Source: Rhodanobacteraceae bacterium
GTDB taxonomy: Bacteria; Pseudomonadota; Gammaproteobacteria; Xanthomonadales; Rhodanobacteraceae
Assembly (NCBI GenBank): GCA_035695065.1
Contig: DASSEW010000007.1
Coordinates: 8,525 to 72,524 of the forward strand
Reading direction: 5' to 3'
DNA: 64,000 nucleotides
The position numbers and the translations under genes are program-made. Shown here piece after piece: positions 54,906-64,000 of the stretch (positions are counted from its first letter, which is position 1; every line of letters begins with the position of its first letter). The notes beneath the pieces were generated by a model. That model was given only the letters and a program-made list of their open reading frames with translations. It made no database searches and was not told the DNA's origin.

Positions 54906-56759
54906 TCAATGCACCGCGCAGAAGCAATAGGAATAAATCTCCGGCTTCCCCGCCTGCGCGTGCTGCAGCAATTTCAGTTCCGGCGCGGTCTGCAGGACTT
55001 CGCCCGGCACCTGCGCCAGCCATGAAGGCAGGCGCACGCCGAGCGAGGCGAGGACGTGCGCGCCATTGCTCTCGCCGAAGTTCATCAGGAATTTCTGGAA
55101 GGCGCCGAGCGGCTTCTCGACGTAGCGCAACGTGTAGTCGTTGCCGAGGTGCGCATCCTGCGCGGCCAGCGCGATCGCATCGTGCAGGCCGCCGAGCTGG
55201 TCCACCAGCCCGCGCTGCAGCGCCTGCGCGCCGGTCCAGACACGACCCTGCGCGATCGCGTTGATGTCGGCGAAACTCTTGCCGCGCGCCTGCGCCACGC
55301 CACCGACGAAATCACGGTAGCCCTTGTCGATCGTGGCCTGGATCATCAGGCCGAGATTCGGATCCAGCGGCCGGCGGACATCGAACGCGCCGGCGATCGG
55401 GGTCGTGCCGACACCGCCGGTGTGGATGCCGAGCTTGTCCAGCCCATTGGGGACGGTGAAGAACAGGCCGAAGATGCCGATCGAGCCGGTGATGGTGTCG
55501 GGCTCGGCGAAGATGCGATCGGCATCCATCGAGATCCAGTAGCCGCCACTCGCCGCCATGTCGCCCATCGAGACGATCACCGGTTTGCCGGCTTCGCGCG
55601 CGAGCTGCACTTCGCGGCGGATTTCCTCGGCCGCGTAGACTTCGCCGCCGGGCGAATCCACCCGCAGCACGATCGCGCGCACGTTGCGGTCTGCGCGCGC
55701 AGCGCGGATCAGCGCAGCGGTGGATTCGCCGCCGATGGTGCCGGGCGGCTGCTTGCCGCCGACGATCTCGCCTTCGGCCACGATCACCGCGACGGTCGGT
55801 TTGCCGAAGCCATCCGGGTGGATCTGCGCAAGATAGCCATCCATGTCCACGCCGCGAAAACCCGTGCCATGCTCGGCCGGCGCGCCCAGCTTCTGCATCA
55901 GCTTGACCACCTGTTCGCGCGTCGCAAGTCCATCCACCAGGTGCAGTTTCAGCGCGAGCTGCGCGCTGTCGCCGTTCGCCGCCTGCGTTTCCTGCGGAAG
56001 ATTGTCGATGTCCGCGCGCAGCACGTTAGGATCGATGCCGCGCAGCTTGCCGACTTCGGCGAGCCACGTGTCCCACATTCCGCCCAGCCAGTACTTGTCG
56101 GCTTCCAGTGACGCGGGCGACGGCGCATCCAGGATGAAAGGCTCGGCGGCGGACTTGAATTCGCCGACGCGGAACAGGTGCGCATCCACGCCGAGCTTGT
56201 CGAGCAGATCCTTGTAGTAGCTGCGGTAGTTGGACAGGCCGGTGATCATCAGCGCGCCCTGCGGATCGAGCAGGATTTTGTCGGCGTGCGCGGCCAGCAG
56301 GTACTGGCCCTGGTCCATGCCGGCGCTCCACACGAACACCTGCTTGCCGGCGGCGCGGAAACGATCCAGCGCCGCGCCGACTTCCTCGAGCGCACCGAAG
56401 CCGCCCGGCTGCAGGCGATCCGGCTGCAGCAGTATGCGCTGGATGCGGTTGTCCTTCGCCGCTGCATTGATCGCGCGCACCAGATCGCGCACCTGCACCT
56501 GCCCGGTCTGCTCGCCGGACATGCGCGCCAGCGCGCGGCTCGCGGGATCAATGCTGTACTGCTCGACCAGTTGTCCGTCGGGCTTCAGCAACAACGCGCT
56601 GTTGGATTCCACGTTCGGCAGGTGCGGATTCAGCGCGATCAGGATCAACGCGAGGATGAAGAAGAAGATCACGTTGATGATCACCAGCCGCACGATGTTG
56701 ATCGCGCGGCCGATGGTGCGCAGGCCGTGCCAGAATCCGCCGGTGGTTTGCGTGGCCAT
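54906..56759 (-). CDS. sppA: signal peptide peptidase SppA, 67K type
   Basis: ORF 54906..56759, 617 aa. N-terminal TM and tandem S49 peptidase domains (VSMGDMAASGGYWIS, GSIGIFG). Confidence 0.93.
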   Translation of the reverse strand: MATQTTGGFWHGLRTIGRAINIVRLVIINVIFFFILALILIALNPHLPNVESNSALLLKPDGQLVEQYSIDPASRALARMSGEQTGQVQVRDLVRAINAAAKDNRIQRILLQPDRLQPGGFGALEEVGAALDRFRAAGKQVFVWSAGMDQGQYLLAAHADKILLDPQGALMITGLSNYRSYYKDLLDKLGVDAHLFRVGEFKSAAEPFILDAPSPASLEADKYWLGGMWDTWLAEVGKLRGIDPNVLRADIDNLPQETQAANGDSAQLALKLHLVDGLATREQVVKLMQKLGAPAEHGTGFRGVDMDGYLAQIHPDGFGKPTVAVIVAEGEIVGGKQPPGTIGGESTAALIRAARADRNVRAIVLRVDSPGGEVYAAEEIRREVQLAREAGKPVIVSMGDMAASGGYWISMDADRIFAEPDTITGSIGIFGLFFTVPNGLDKLGIHTGGVGTTPIAGAFDVRRPLDPNLGLMIQATIDKGYRDFVGGVAQARGKSFADINAIAQGRVWTGAQALQRGLVDQLGGLHDAIALAAQDAHLGNDYTLRYVEKPLGAFQKFLMNFGESNGAHVLASLGVRLPSWLAQVPGEVLQTAPELKLLQHAQAGKPEIYSYCFCAVH

Positions 56760-56809
56760 GCTTCAGATCCTTTTGCCGACGATCAGCGTAGCGGAGCGCG
56801 CGGATTACG

Positions 56810-58195
56810 TCACGGAGCCGGCGCGGGCGCCGACGTACGTTTCCAGGTTCCGTTCCGCGCCAGGCGCGTGAAGCGCGCCGACAGCAGCAGCGCCGCGGCG
56901 TACAGGCCCGCGCTCAAGCCGATCCACATGCCGGGCGTGCGCCAGCCGGCGTGGAACGCGAGCACGTAGCCGACCGGCATGCCGATGCCCCAGTAGGCGA
57001 GCACCGTGATGAACATCGGCAGGCGCGTGTCCTTCAGGCCGCGCAATGCGCCGTTCGACGCCACCTGGATGCCGTCGGCGAACTGGAATGCACCGGCCAG
57101 CATCAGCAGGTGCGCGGCCAGCGCCGTCACCGCGGGCGCCCCGGTGTAGAGCCGCGCGATCCAGTACGGAATGCCGAGCATCAGGGCGGAGGCGATCGCC
57201 TGCGTGATGAAAGTCAGCGCGATGCCGCTGAAGCCTGCGTAGCGAACGCCGGCCGGATCGTTGCGGCCCGCGGCATTGCCGACGCGCACCGTGATCGCGA
57301 GCGCAAGTCCCAGCGGCACCATGAAGGTGATCGAGGCGAAATTGATCGCGATCTGGTGCGCCGCCGCCGCGGTGGTGCCGAAGCGGCTGATCAGCAGCGC
57401 GGCGATCGAGAACATGCCCGCTTCCATCAGCAGGGTCACGCCCATCGGCACGCCGATGTGCAGCAGCCCGAAAATCGCGCGCAGGTCAGGACGTTCGAAG
57501 CGCGCAAACAGGTGCAGCTCGCGATAGCGCGGCGACAGGCGCACATAAGTTGCGAACGCGAACACCTGCAACCACAGCACGATCGCGTTGGCGATGCCGC
57601 TGCCCTGCGCGCCCAGCGCGGGCAATCCGAACTTGCCGTAAATCAGCACGTAACCGAGCGGAGCCAGCGCGCACAGGCCGGTGAAGCCGAAGAACATGGT
57701 CGGCCGCGTCCAGCTCATGCCTTCGGACAATCCACGCAAGCTGTAGTAGAAGCACACCGCCGGCGCGCCCCAGCTCAAGGCGTGCAGGAACTTCTGCACG
57801 TCCGGCAACAATTCCGGGTCTACACCGAGCAGGTTCAGCAGCGGACCGGCATGGCGCACGCCGAACCACAACAGCACGCCGAGCGTGGCGGCCAGTATCA
57901 GTGCCTGCCGGAACAGCGGCCCGATTTCGTGCCTGGCCGCGGCACCATCGAGATGCGCGACCGAAGGCGGCAGCGCCATCATCACGCCGATCGCGCACAC
58001 CAGCGCCAGCAGCCACACGTTGGCGCCGACCGCGACGGACGCGAGCGTGTGCGCGTTGTAGTGGCCGGCCAGCACCACGTCCACTGCGTTCATGCCGATC
58101 GAGGACAACTGTCCTGCGATCAGTGGCAGCGCGAGCTTCAAGGTGGCACGGGTTTCGCGCGCGTAGCGCGCGCGGTCAATGGCTAGAATGCGCAT
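56810..58195 (-). CDS. MATE-family efflux transporter (NorM-like)
   Basis: ORF 56810..58195, 461 aa, 12 TM. N-terminal LKLALPLIAGQLSSIGMNAVDVVLAGH is typical of MATE. Confidence 0.9.
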   Translation of the reverse strand: MRILAIDRARYARETRATLKLALPLIAGQLSSIGMNAVDVVLAGHYNAHTLASVAVGANVWLLALVCAIGVMMALPPSVAHLDGAAARHEIGPLFRQALILAATLGVLLWFGVRHAGPLLNLLGVDPELLPDVQKFLHALSWGAPAVCFYYSLRGLSEGMSWTRPTMFFGFTGLCALAPLGYVLIYGKFGLPALGAQGSGIANAIVLWLQVFAFATYVRLSPRYRELHLFARFERPDLRAIFGLLHIGVPMGVTLLMEAGMFSIAALLISRFGTTAAAAHQIAINFASITFMVPLGLALAITVRVGNAAGRNDPAGVRYAGFSGIALTFITQAIASALMLGIPYWIARLYTGAPAVTALAAHLLMLAGAFQFADGIQVASNGALRGLKDTRLPMFITVLAYWGIGMPVGYVLAFHAGWRTPGMWIGLSAGLYAAALLLSARFTRLARNGTWKRTSAPAPAP

Positions 58196-58219
58196 CGGAA
58201 TCCATCAGGTCAGGCCGGC

Positions 58220-59428
58220 ATGGTAACCAAACCGCAATCCCTTACGCCGCCCGTGCAGGGCCCGGTGTGCGCCAATTGCGGCGCGCCGCTGTATGGCGAG
58301 TACTGCTACGCCTGCGGCCAGCCGGTGAAGGGATTGATCCGGCATCTCTCCGGCGTGCTGGGCGACGTGTTCGACACCGTGCTGAACATCGATTCGCGCG
58401 TGATCCGCACCCTGCCCGCGTTGTACCTGAAGCCCGGATTCCTTTCGCGCGAATACTTCGCCGGCCGGCGCATGCGCTACGTCACGCCGTTCCGGCTGAT
58501 GTTCTTCCTCGCCCTGATCGCGTTCTTCGTGATGCAGGTGGCGTTCGACAGCAGCACGAACTTCGGTCATTTCGGCAACGACAAACCTTCGGCGAACAGC
58601 TTCCAGCAGGCCCACACGCAGGCCGAGGTGGCCGCACAGGAGAAACAGGCGCTGGACAAGATCAATGCGGATCTCGAAAACCCGCACCTGCCCTCGATCG
58701 CGCGCGAAAGCCTGGTGATGGCGCGCGACAAGGTGAAGCGTGACGCGGGACAGCGCATGGCCGATCTGCAACGCACGACCGCAGTGGCGGCCGGCGCAAC
58801 CGCCACGCCCGCGCCGGCGGGAACCGTGGTCAGGCCCGCCGGCAAGGGCGACCTGAACCTGTTCGACGACACCTGGGATCAAAAGCGCGATCAGGTGCAC
58901 GTGACTTGGTTGCCCGGGTTTGCCAACGACTGGATCAACCGTGCCGGCCAGCGCATGCACGACAACGTGACCGCGATGCGGCACGGCACGCCGGAGGCGC
59001 GGCGCGCGGCCGTGCAGCGGCTGGTCGGCGGCGCACTCTCGGTGCTGCCGCAGACCATGTTCGTGCTGCTGCCGTTGTTCGCACTGATCCTGAAGGTGTT
59101 CTACATCTTCAGGCGGCGCCTCTACATGGAACACCTGATCGTGGCGCTGCACAGCCACGCGTTCATTTTCCTCTCGATCCTGGTGTTGTTCGCATTGGGT
59201 GCGCTCGGAAGCCTCTCGCAAAGCGCGTGGCTGAATGTCCCGGTGGGCCTCGCCACCGCCGCGGCGTGGATCTGGCTGTTCGTGTACCTGTGGCTGATGC
59301 AGAAGCGCATCTACGGCCAAGGCTGGTTCTTCACGACCGTCAAGTACTGGTGCGTCGGCATCTGCTACAGCGTGCTGCTCTCGTTTTCCATCGGCATGGC
59401 CTTCCTGCTGAGCCTGGCGCAGGCATGA
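58220..59428 (+). CDS. DUF3667 domain-containing membrane protein
   Basis: ORF 58220..59428. N-terminal zinc ribbon CANCGAPLYGEYCYACGQ, then LYLKPGFLSREYFAGRRMRYVTPFRL and multiple TM helices. Confidence 0.85.
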   Translation: MVTKPQSLTPPVQGPVCANCGAPLYGEYCYACGQPVKGLIRHLSGVLGDVFDTVLNIDSRVIRTLPALYLKPGFLSREYFAGRRMRYVTPFRLMFFLALIAFFVMQVAFDSSTNFGHFGNDKPSANSFQQAHTQAEVAAQEKQALDKINADLENPHLPSIARESLVMARDKVKRDAGQRMADLQRTTAVAAGATATPAPAGTVVRPAGKGDLNLFDDTWDQKRDQVHVTWLPGFANDWINRAGQRMHDNVTAMRHGTPEARRAAVQRLVGGALSVLPQTMFVLLPLFALILKVFYIFRRRLYMEHLIVALHSHAFIFLSILVLFALGALGSLSQSAWLNVPVGLATAAAWIWLFVYLWLMQKRIYGQGWFFTTVKYWCVGICYSVLLSFSIGMAFLLSLAQA

Positions 59429-59730
59429 TCGTTTACGTCGTCAACCTGGAGGTCGAGATCGCGATCGCGGGCGAGTACCTGGCCTGGCTGCGCGCGCACG
59501 CCGAAGAGATTTTGGGCCTGCCCGGATTCCTCGGCGCGGAAATTTTCGAGCGGCTGGAGCCGGTGCCCGAATCCGGGCGCGCGGGCTTCTCGGTGCATTA
59601 CCGGCTGCGCGATCGCGCCGCATTCGACGCCTACCTGCGCGACCACGCGCCGCGCCTGCGCGAGGCCGGTCTGCGCGCTTTCGGCGAGCGCGTACGCGCC
59701 AGCCGCGGCCTGCTGAAAGCGGCCGGATGA
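59425..59730 (+). CDS. DUF4286 family protein
   Basis: Tail of ORF 58906..59730 from ATG 59425 (ATGA overlap with the upstream stop). MIVYVVNLEVEIAIAGEYLAWLRAHAEEIL pattern. Confidence 0.72.
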   Translation: MIVYVVNLEVEIAIAGEYLAWLRAHAEEILGLPGFLGAEIFERLEPVPESGRAGFSVHYRLRDRAAFDAYLRDHAPRLREAGLRAFGERVRASRGLLKAAG

Positions 59731-59866
59731 AATTTTTTCAGCACGCGCCTGGGTTTTGTGCACAGCATCAACGCAGCGTGACGACCGCGCGCCTGAATTC
59801 CTCCATGCCCGCCGCGGCGGCGCCGCGTCGGATTTCCAAGTGGCTGATGCGCGGCCCAAAATTTTT

Positions 59867-59875
59867 TGTGGTTAA
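59867..59875. promoter_or_regulatory. near-consensus DnaA box (8 of 9)
   Basis: TGTGGTTAA versus TGTGGATAA, inside the AT-rich run CCCAAAATTTTTTGTGGTTAAAGTTT. Confidence 0.35.
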
Positions 59876-59948
59876 AGTTTCGCCAAGGCGTCGTCGGGCG
59901 TGCCGGCATGCGCGTTCGCACGCACTCTGTCTCCAGCCTTCCACAACG

Positions 59949-59971
59949 TTATCCACACGCATTGTGGATAA
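59949..59971. promoter_or_regulatory. head-to-head pair of perfect DnaA boxes
   Basis: TTATCCACA-cgcat-TGTGGATAA. Both 9-mers equal the E. coli-type DnaA box consensus. Located 100 nt upstream of the priA GTG. Confidence 0.5.
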
Positions 59972-60070
59972 GGGTGAAATCCTTACGCTGCCCGCAACTT
60001 GCACAGCGTTGTTTCACGGTCAGGCAACAATCGCGCGCAACTCACGCGCGCGAAGTCGGGAGGCGTGCAC

Positions 60071-62251
60071 GTGAATACGTTGGCGCGCATCGCGCTGCCC
60101 GCACCCCTGCCGCGGCTGTTCGATTACATGCCGATGCACGATCGCGTGTTGCCGCCGACCGGTTCGCGCGTCGAAATTCCATTCGGTCGCGCACGGCGCG
60201 TCGGCATCGTGGTCGCGCACGTCGAATCTTCCGACGTGCCGCGGGAACAACTGAAACCCGTGTTGCGCGTGTTGGATGAGGCGCCGCTGTTCACTTCCGA
60301 ACTGCTGGCCAGCCTGTCGCGCGCGAGCGACTACTGGTGCGGTTCCATCGGCGAAGTGCTGTTCGGTGCATTGCCCTCGTGGTTGCGCGAAGACAAGCCG
60401 CTGCCGCGCGCCGACGACGAGGCCTGGCAGCTCACGCAGGCGGGGCACAGCGCGCGCGATGCACGCAGCCGGCGTGGTTCGTCCGCGCAGTTGCTGCAGT
60501 TTCTTGCCGAAGCGCCACAGCGCAGCGGCGATCTGGATGCACTGCTGCCGGGCTGGCGCGCCGCGGCGCGGCGGTTGCGCGATGCCGGGTTGATCGAATG
60601 CGTGTCGCTGCCGGTTTCGAACGCGTGGAAGGCCAGGCCGCACGTTCATGCCCTGACCGACGACCAACGTGATGCCGCCGAATCCATGCTTGCAGCGAAG
60701 CCGGGCTTTCGCACATGGCTGCTGGAAGGCGTGACCGGCAGCGGCAAGACCGAGGTGTACCTCGAACTGATCGAACGCGCGCTGCGCGAAGGCAAGCAAA
60801 GCCTGGTGCTGGTGCCGGAAATCGGGCTGGTGCCGCAGATGCTGCGTCGCCTGCGCGCGCGCTTCGATGCGCCGATTGCTTTGCTGCACTCCAATCTCGC
60901 CGAGGGCGACCGCGCGCGGGCCTGGCTCGCCGCATTGAATGGTGAAGCCGCGATCGTGCTCGGCACGCGCTCGGCCGCGTTCGCGCCGCTGGCGAAGCCG
61001 GGCCTGATCGTGGTGGACGAGGAGCACGACAGTTCCTACAAGCAACAGGAAGGCAGCTTCCGTTACCACGCGCGCGATTTCGCGCTGATGCGCGCGCAGG
61101 CGCTGGACATCCCGATCGTGCTCGGCAGCGCCACGCCTTCGCTGGAATCGCTGGCGAACGTGGAAGCCGGCCGTTACACGCGTGTTGCGCTTCGCGCACG
61201 CGTGCACGCGCGACCGGCATCGCCGGTGCACGTGCTCGATCTGCGCGGCCTGAAAATGCAGCACGGCCTGTCGCCCGCGCTGCTGCAAGCGCTGGACGCG
61301 TGCATCGCACGCGGCGGGCAGGCGCTGGTTTTCAAGAACCGGCGCGGCTATGCGCCGGTACTGCTGTGCCACGCCTGTGGCTGGCACGCGGGGTGTCCGC
61401 GCTGCGAACGACCACTCACCGTGCATCGCGGGCGCGCGCGGCTGATCTGCCATCACTGCGGCTACGCGCAGGCATCGCCGCAGCAATGCCCGAACTGCGG
61501 GACCCAGGCCCTCACGCCGCAAGGCCAAGGCACCGAGCGACTGGAAGAAGCCTTGCAGGCGCGCTATCCGAACGTTCCGGTATTGCGCGTGGATCGCGAG
61601 AGCACGCGCCGGCGCGATGCGTTCGAGAAGCTGCTGGATCAACTCGCCGACGGCAAGCCGGCGATCGTGGTCGGCACGCAGATGCTGGCCAAGGGCCATG
61701 ATCTTCCCAACCTCACCACCGTCGCGATCGTCGGCGTGGACGAGGGGCTGCACAGCGTGGATTTCCATGCCGGTGAGAAGCTCGCGCAACTGATCGTGCA
61801 GGTCGCCGGGCGCGCCGGGCGCGCGGACAAGCCGGGCGAAGTCTGGCTGCAGACCCACGAGCCCGAACATCCGCTGCTTACCACGTTGTTGCGCGGCGGC
61901 TATCCGGCCGCGGCCACGCAGCAGCTCGGCGAGCGCCGCGCCTCCGGCCTGCCGCCGTATGCGCACATGGCGCTGCTGCGCGCGGAAGCAAACGATCGCG
62001 CCACGCTGGATCGATTCCTCGAAGCTGCGCTCGCTGCATTTCCGGCCAACGAGCACGTGCAGATCAACGGCCCGCTGCCCGCGCCGATGCCGCTGCGCGC
62101 CGGCCGCCATCGCGCGCAGCTGCTGGTGGAATCCACGCAGCGCGCGCCGCTGCGGCACGCGCTCTCAACCTGGTGGATGCAGCTCCACGAACTGCCGCAG
62201 GCGCGAACTCTGCGCTGGTCGCTGGATGCGGATCCGGTGGATGTTTATTGA
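60071..62251 (+). CDS. priA: primosomal replication-restart helicase PriA
   Basis: ORF 59999..62251; GTG 60071 follows GGGAGG by 8 nt. (M)NTLARIALPAPLPRLFDY, Walker A GVTGSGKTEVY, DEEHD, Cys-rich zinc region CHACGWHAGCPRCERPLTVH...CHHCGY...CPNCG. Confidence 0.93.
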   Translation: MNTLARIALPAPLPRLFDYMPMHDRVLPPTGSRVEIPFGRARRVGIVVAHVESSDVPREQLKPVLRVLDEAPLFTSELLASLSRASDYWCGSIGEVLFGALPSWLREDKPLPRADDEAWQLTQAGHSARDARSRRGSSAQLLQFLAEAPQRSGDLDALLPGWRAAARRLRDAGLIECVSLPVSNAWKARPHVHALTDDQRDAAESMLAAKPGFRTWLLEGVTGSGKTEVYLELIERALREGKQSLVLVPEIGLVPQMLRRLRARFDAPIALLHSNLAEGDRARAWLAALNGEAAIVLGTRSAAFAPLAKPGLIVVDEEHDSSYKQQEGSFRYHARDFALMRAQALDIPIVLGSATPSLESLANVEAGRYTRVALRARVHARPASPVHVLDLRGLKMQHGLSPALLQALDACIARGGQALVFKNRRGYAPVLLCHACGWHAGCPRCERPLTVHRGRARLICHHCGYAQASPQQCPNCGTQALTPQGQGTERLEEALQARYPNVPVLRVDRESTRRRDAFEKLLDQLADGKPAIVVGTQMLAKGHDLPNLTTVAIVGVDEGLHSVDFHAGEKLAQLIVQVAGRAGRADKPGEVWLQTHEPEHPLLTTLLRGGYPAAATQQLGERRASGLPPYAHMALLRAEANDRATLDRFLEAALAAFPANEHVQINGPLPAPMPLRAGRHRAQLLVESTQRAPLRHALSTWWMQLHELPQARTLRWSLDADPVDVY

Positions 62252-62269
62252 CGAGCGACAGTCATGAGT

Positions 62270-62380
62270 GGAAAGTTGAAACTCACGAAAGTCGAAAGTC
62301 GAAAATCGAAAGCCGGAAAAACAAGAGCCGCGTTCCGCGGCTCTTCGACTTTCAACTCTCGATTCCCGACTTTCGGCTTC
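62270..62380. repeat. palindromic repeat element serving as a bidirectional terminator between priA and rpoH
   Basis: The central hairpin AAGAGCCGCG-ttc-CGCGGCTCTT (62323-62345) is flanked by GAAAGTCG/CGACTTTC-type repeats (GAAAGTCGAAAGTCGAAAATCGAAAGCCGG ... CGACTTTCAACTCTCGATTCCCGACTTTCGGCTTC). Confidence 0.6.
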
Positions 62381-63240
62381 TACGCTTCGAAAACCATCCG
62401 CATCTTCTTCATCGCATTCGATTCGAGTTGGCGGATGCGCTCGGCGGAGACGCCGTAGTCGTCTGCAAGTTCCTGCAGCGTCGCCTTGTCTTCGGCCAGC
62501 CAGCGTCGGCGGATGATGTCCTGGGTCCGCTCGTCGAGCTTGCCCATCGCGCGTTCCAGCGTGCCGAGCTGGTCGGCTTCCTCGTCCGCGTCCGCCACGG
62601 ACAGATACGGGTCCGCGCCGTGATCTTCCAGATACGCCACCGGCGCGGGCGGCGCGTGCTCGTCGTCCTCGTCGGCCGGCGCGTCGAAGCCGACGTCGCG
62701 GCCGGACAGGCGCGATTCCATTTCGCGCACGGTGGTTTCCGGCACGCCCAGATCCTTGGCGACGGCGCGCACTTCCTCCGCGTTCAACCAGCCCAGCCGC
62801 TTCTTGGACTTGCGCAGGTTGAAGAAGAGTTTGCGCTGCGCCTTGGTGGTGGCGACTTTCACGATGCGCCAGTTGCGCAGGATGAATTCGTGCATCTCGG
62901 CACGAATCCAGTGCACCGCGAAGCTGACCAGGCGCACGCCCTGGTCCGGGTCGAAACGCTTCACCGCCTTCATCAGGCCGATGTTGCCTTCCTGGATCAG
63001 GTCGCCCAGTTGCAGGCCGTAACCGTTGTAGCCGCGCGCGACGTGCACCACGAAACGCAGGTGCGACATCACCAGCTCGCGCGCCGCGTCGAGGTCTTCC
63101 TCATCGCGATAGCGCACGGCCAGTTCGTGTTCCTGCTCGGCCGTGAGCACCGGAATGCGATGCACCGCACCGATATACGAGTCGAGACTGCCGGCCGCGG
63201 TGGGGATCGGCAGATTGCTGGTCACCAAGGCTTCGGACAT
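62380..63240 (-). CDS. rpoH: RNA polymerase heat-shock sigma factor sigma-32
   Basis: ORF 62380..63282; ATG 63240 after GGAGGGA. RpoH box [12 protein letters not shown] and regions 2 and 4 ([18 protein letters not shown]; [19 protein letters not shown]). Confidence 0.95.
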   Translation of the reverse strand: MSEALVTSNLPIPTAAGSLDSYIGAVHRIPVLTAEQEHELAVRYRDEEDLDAARELVMSHLRFVVHVARGYNGYGLQLGDLIQEGNIGLMKAVKRFDPDQGVRLVSFAVHWIRAEMHEFILRNWRIVKVATTKAQRKLFFNLRKSKKRLGWLNAEEVRAVAKDLGVPETTVREMESRLSGRDVGFDAPADEDDEHAPPAPVAYLEDHGADPYLSVADADEEADQLGTLERAMGKLDERTQDIIRRRWLAEDKATLQELADDYGVSAERIRQLESNAMKKMRMVFEA

Positions 63241-63339
63241 CAGGTATTCCCTCCGGAACTCATTAGTTTGGCATTCCGTCATTGGAGTGCCAAACCGGCC
63301 GGCGGTTCATCAGTTCACCGCCTGCCGTTCAGGCGAATA

Positions 63340-63367
63340 ATTATACTGATTCGTACAGGAATTGCAA
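63340..63367 (-). promoter_or_regulatory. sigma70-type promoter candidate for rpoH
   Basis: The minus strand reads TTGCAA (63367-63362), a 16-nt spacer, then TATAAT (63345-63340). This gives a leader of about 90 nt containing the hairpin TTTGGCACTCC-aatgac-GGAATGCCAAA (63267-63294). Confidence 0.5.
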
Positions 63368-63441
63368 CGGTACTTCTAACCCAGGCCGAGAGCGGCCTTG
63401 GGCGGAAGCGACCACGGAGCTCTTCGCCATGGATGGCAGCT

Positions 63442-64000
63442 TCAACCTCCTTCGAACAGCTCCCTACGGGGCGGAAGCGACCAGTCCACCGGCGCCTGTC
63501 CTTGCCTCTCCAGCCACGCATTGGCTGCCGAAAAGTGCCCGCAGCCCATGAATCCCCGGTGCGCCGACAAGGGTGACGGGTGCGGCGCCTGCAAAACGTG
63601 ATGACGCCGCCGGTCGATCAGCCGGCCCTTGGCCTGTGCATAGGATCCCCAGAGCAGGAATACAAGGCCCTCGCGTTCGCGGTTCAACACGTCGATGATG
63701 CGGTCGGTGAACCCTTCCCACCCCTTGCCCTGGTGCGACCCCGGCCGACTTTCTTCGACCGTCAGCACGGAGTTGAGCAGCAGCACGCCACGCTGCGCCC
63801 ACGGGATCAGGCAGCCGTGGTCCGGGCGCGGGATCCCGAGATCGCGTTCGATCTCGCTGAAGATGTTGAGTAGCGACGGCGGCGGCGGCACGCCCGGCAG
63901 CACCGAAAAGCACAGCCCGTGCGCCTGGCCGGGACCGTGGTAGGGATCCTGGCCCAGGATCACGACCTTGACCTGATCGAAAGGCGTGCTGTCGAGCGCG
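63442..64000 (-). CDS. ung: uracil-DNA glycosylase, C-terminal part (N-terminus beyond window end)
   Basis: ORF 63442..63963 and its open continuation to 64000 (..[27 protein letters not shown]). [24 protein letters not shown] motifs. Confidence 0.93.
   Translation of the reverse strand, partial: ALDSTPFDQVKVVILGQDPYHGPGQAHGLCFSVLPGVPPPPSLLNIFSEIERDLGIPRPDHGCLIPWAQRGVLLLNSVLTVEESRPGSHQGKGWEGFTDRIIDVLNREREGLVFLLWGSYAQAKGRLIDRRRHHVLQAPHPSPLSAHRGFMGCGHFSAANAWLERQGQAPVDWSLPPRRELFEGG

Noticed and set aside
59867-59971. Chromosomal origin (oriC) interpretation of the DnaA-box cluster
   Set aside because: Only three good boxes are present, with no obvious 13-mer AT-rich unwinding repeats and no dnaA, dnaN, gidA or rpmH neighbourhood. 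It is kept as a regulatory or DARS/datA-like candidate instead.
60020-62158. 712-aa minus-strand ORF
   Set aside because: It is antisense to priA, which carries Walker A, DEEHD and zinc-finger motifs. The antisense frame is Arg/Ala-rich noise.

Overview
High-GC (by eye about two-thirds G+C, not computed) gammaproteobacterial chromosome segment. Gene content and order look typical of Xanthomonadales/Lysobacterales (Rhodanobacteraceae- or Xanthomonadaceae-like). All family names come from motif recognition in the supplied translations; no database search was run.

Layout:
- 1-10.9 kb: conserved minus-strand block lipA-lipB-ybeD-dacC-rlpA-mltB-rodA-mrdA-mreD-mreC-mreB.
- 11-16.3 kb: a PfkB-type kinase, a low-GC orphan gene, lipoyl-domain E3 (lpdA) and E2 (aceF).
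- 16.3-32.5 kb: about 16 kb of sensory, secreted and accessory genes. These are an MscS-like channel, a GAF-GGDEF protein, a membrane-anchored HTH-TPR regulator beside three secreted proteins, two unknown proteins, an EamA/LysR pair, a DUF4124 protein, two tandem Sel1-repeat paralogues, a PepSY protein and an MFS transporter.
- 32.5-35.0 kb: a low-GC XhoI/PaeR7I-like type II restriction-modification pair wedged against aceE.
- 35-45 kb: aceE (E1), maeB and a glycine-rich autotransporter of about 1530 aa.
- 45-64 kb: housekeeping genes, namely a QEGLA protein, rsgA, an aminotransferase, an SGNH hydrolase, DUF924, a 7TM-DISM GGDEF protein, a second DUF4124 protein, ogt, an SDR, a small lipoprotein, a low-GC GIY-YIG orphan, sppA, a MATE pump, DUF3667, DUF4286, priA, rpoH and ung.

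No rRNA, tRNA, CRISPR array, transposase or integrase could be supported.

Most unusual signals:
1. A bipartite GC-rich palindromic repeat is intergenic at lipB/ybeD but is translated in-frame inside the flexible linkers of both E2 and E3. A different repeat-like insert, carrying a 4 x 7-nt tract, sits in-frame in E1. All three pyruvate dehydrogenase subunits therefore carry repeat-derived peptide inserts.
2. The R-M island is seamlessly inserted and has no mobility genes.
3. The autotransporter has about ten 40-residue GGxGG-rich repeats and a near-consensus CRP/Clp box upstream.
4. A perfect head-to-head pair of DnaA boxes, plus a third near-perfect box, lies upstream of priA.
5. Two single-gene low-GC wedges: a TM-anchored orphan and a stand-alone GIY-YIG protein.

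I could not identify one clear multi-gene novel system. The candidates are ranked below with explicit tests.
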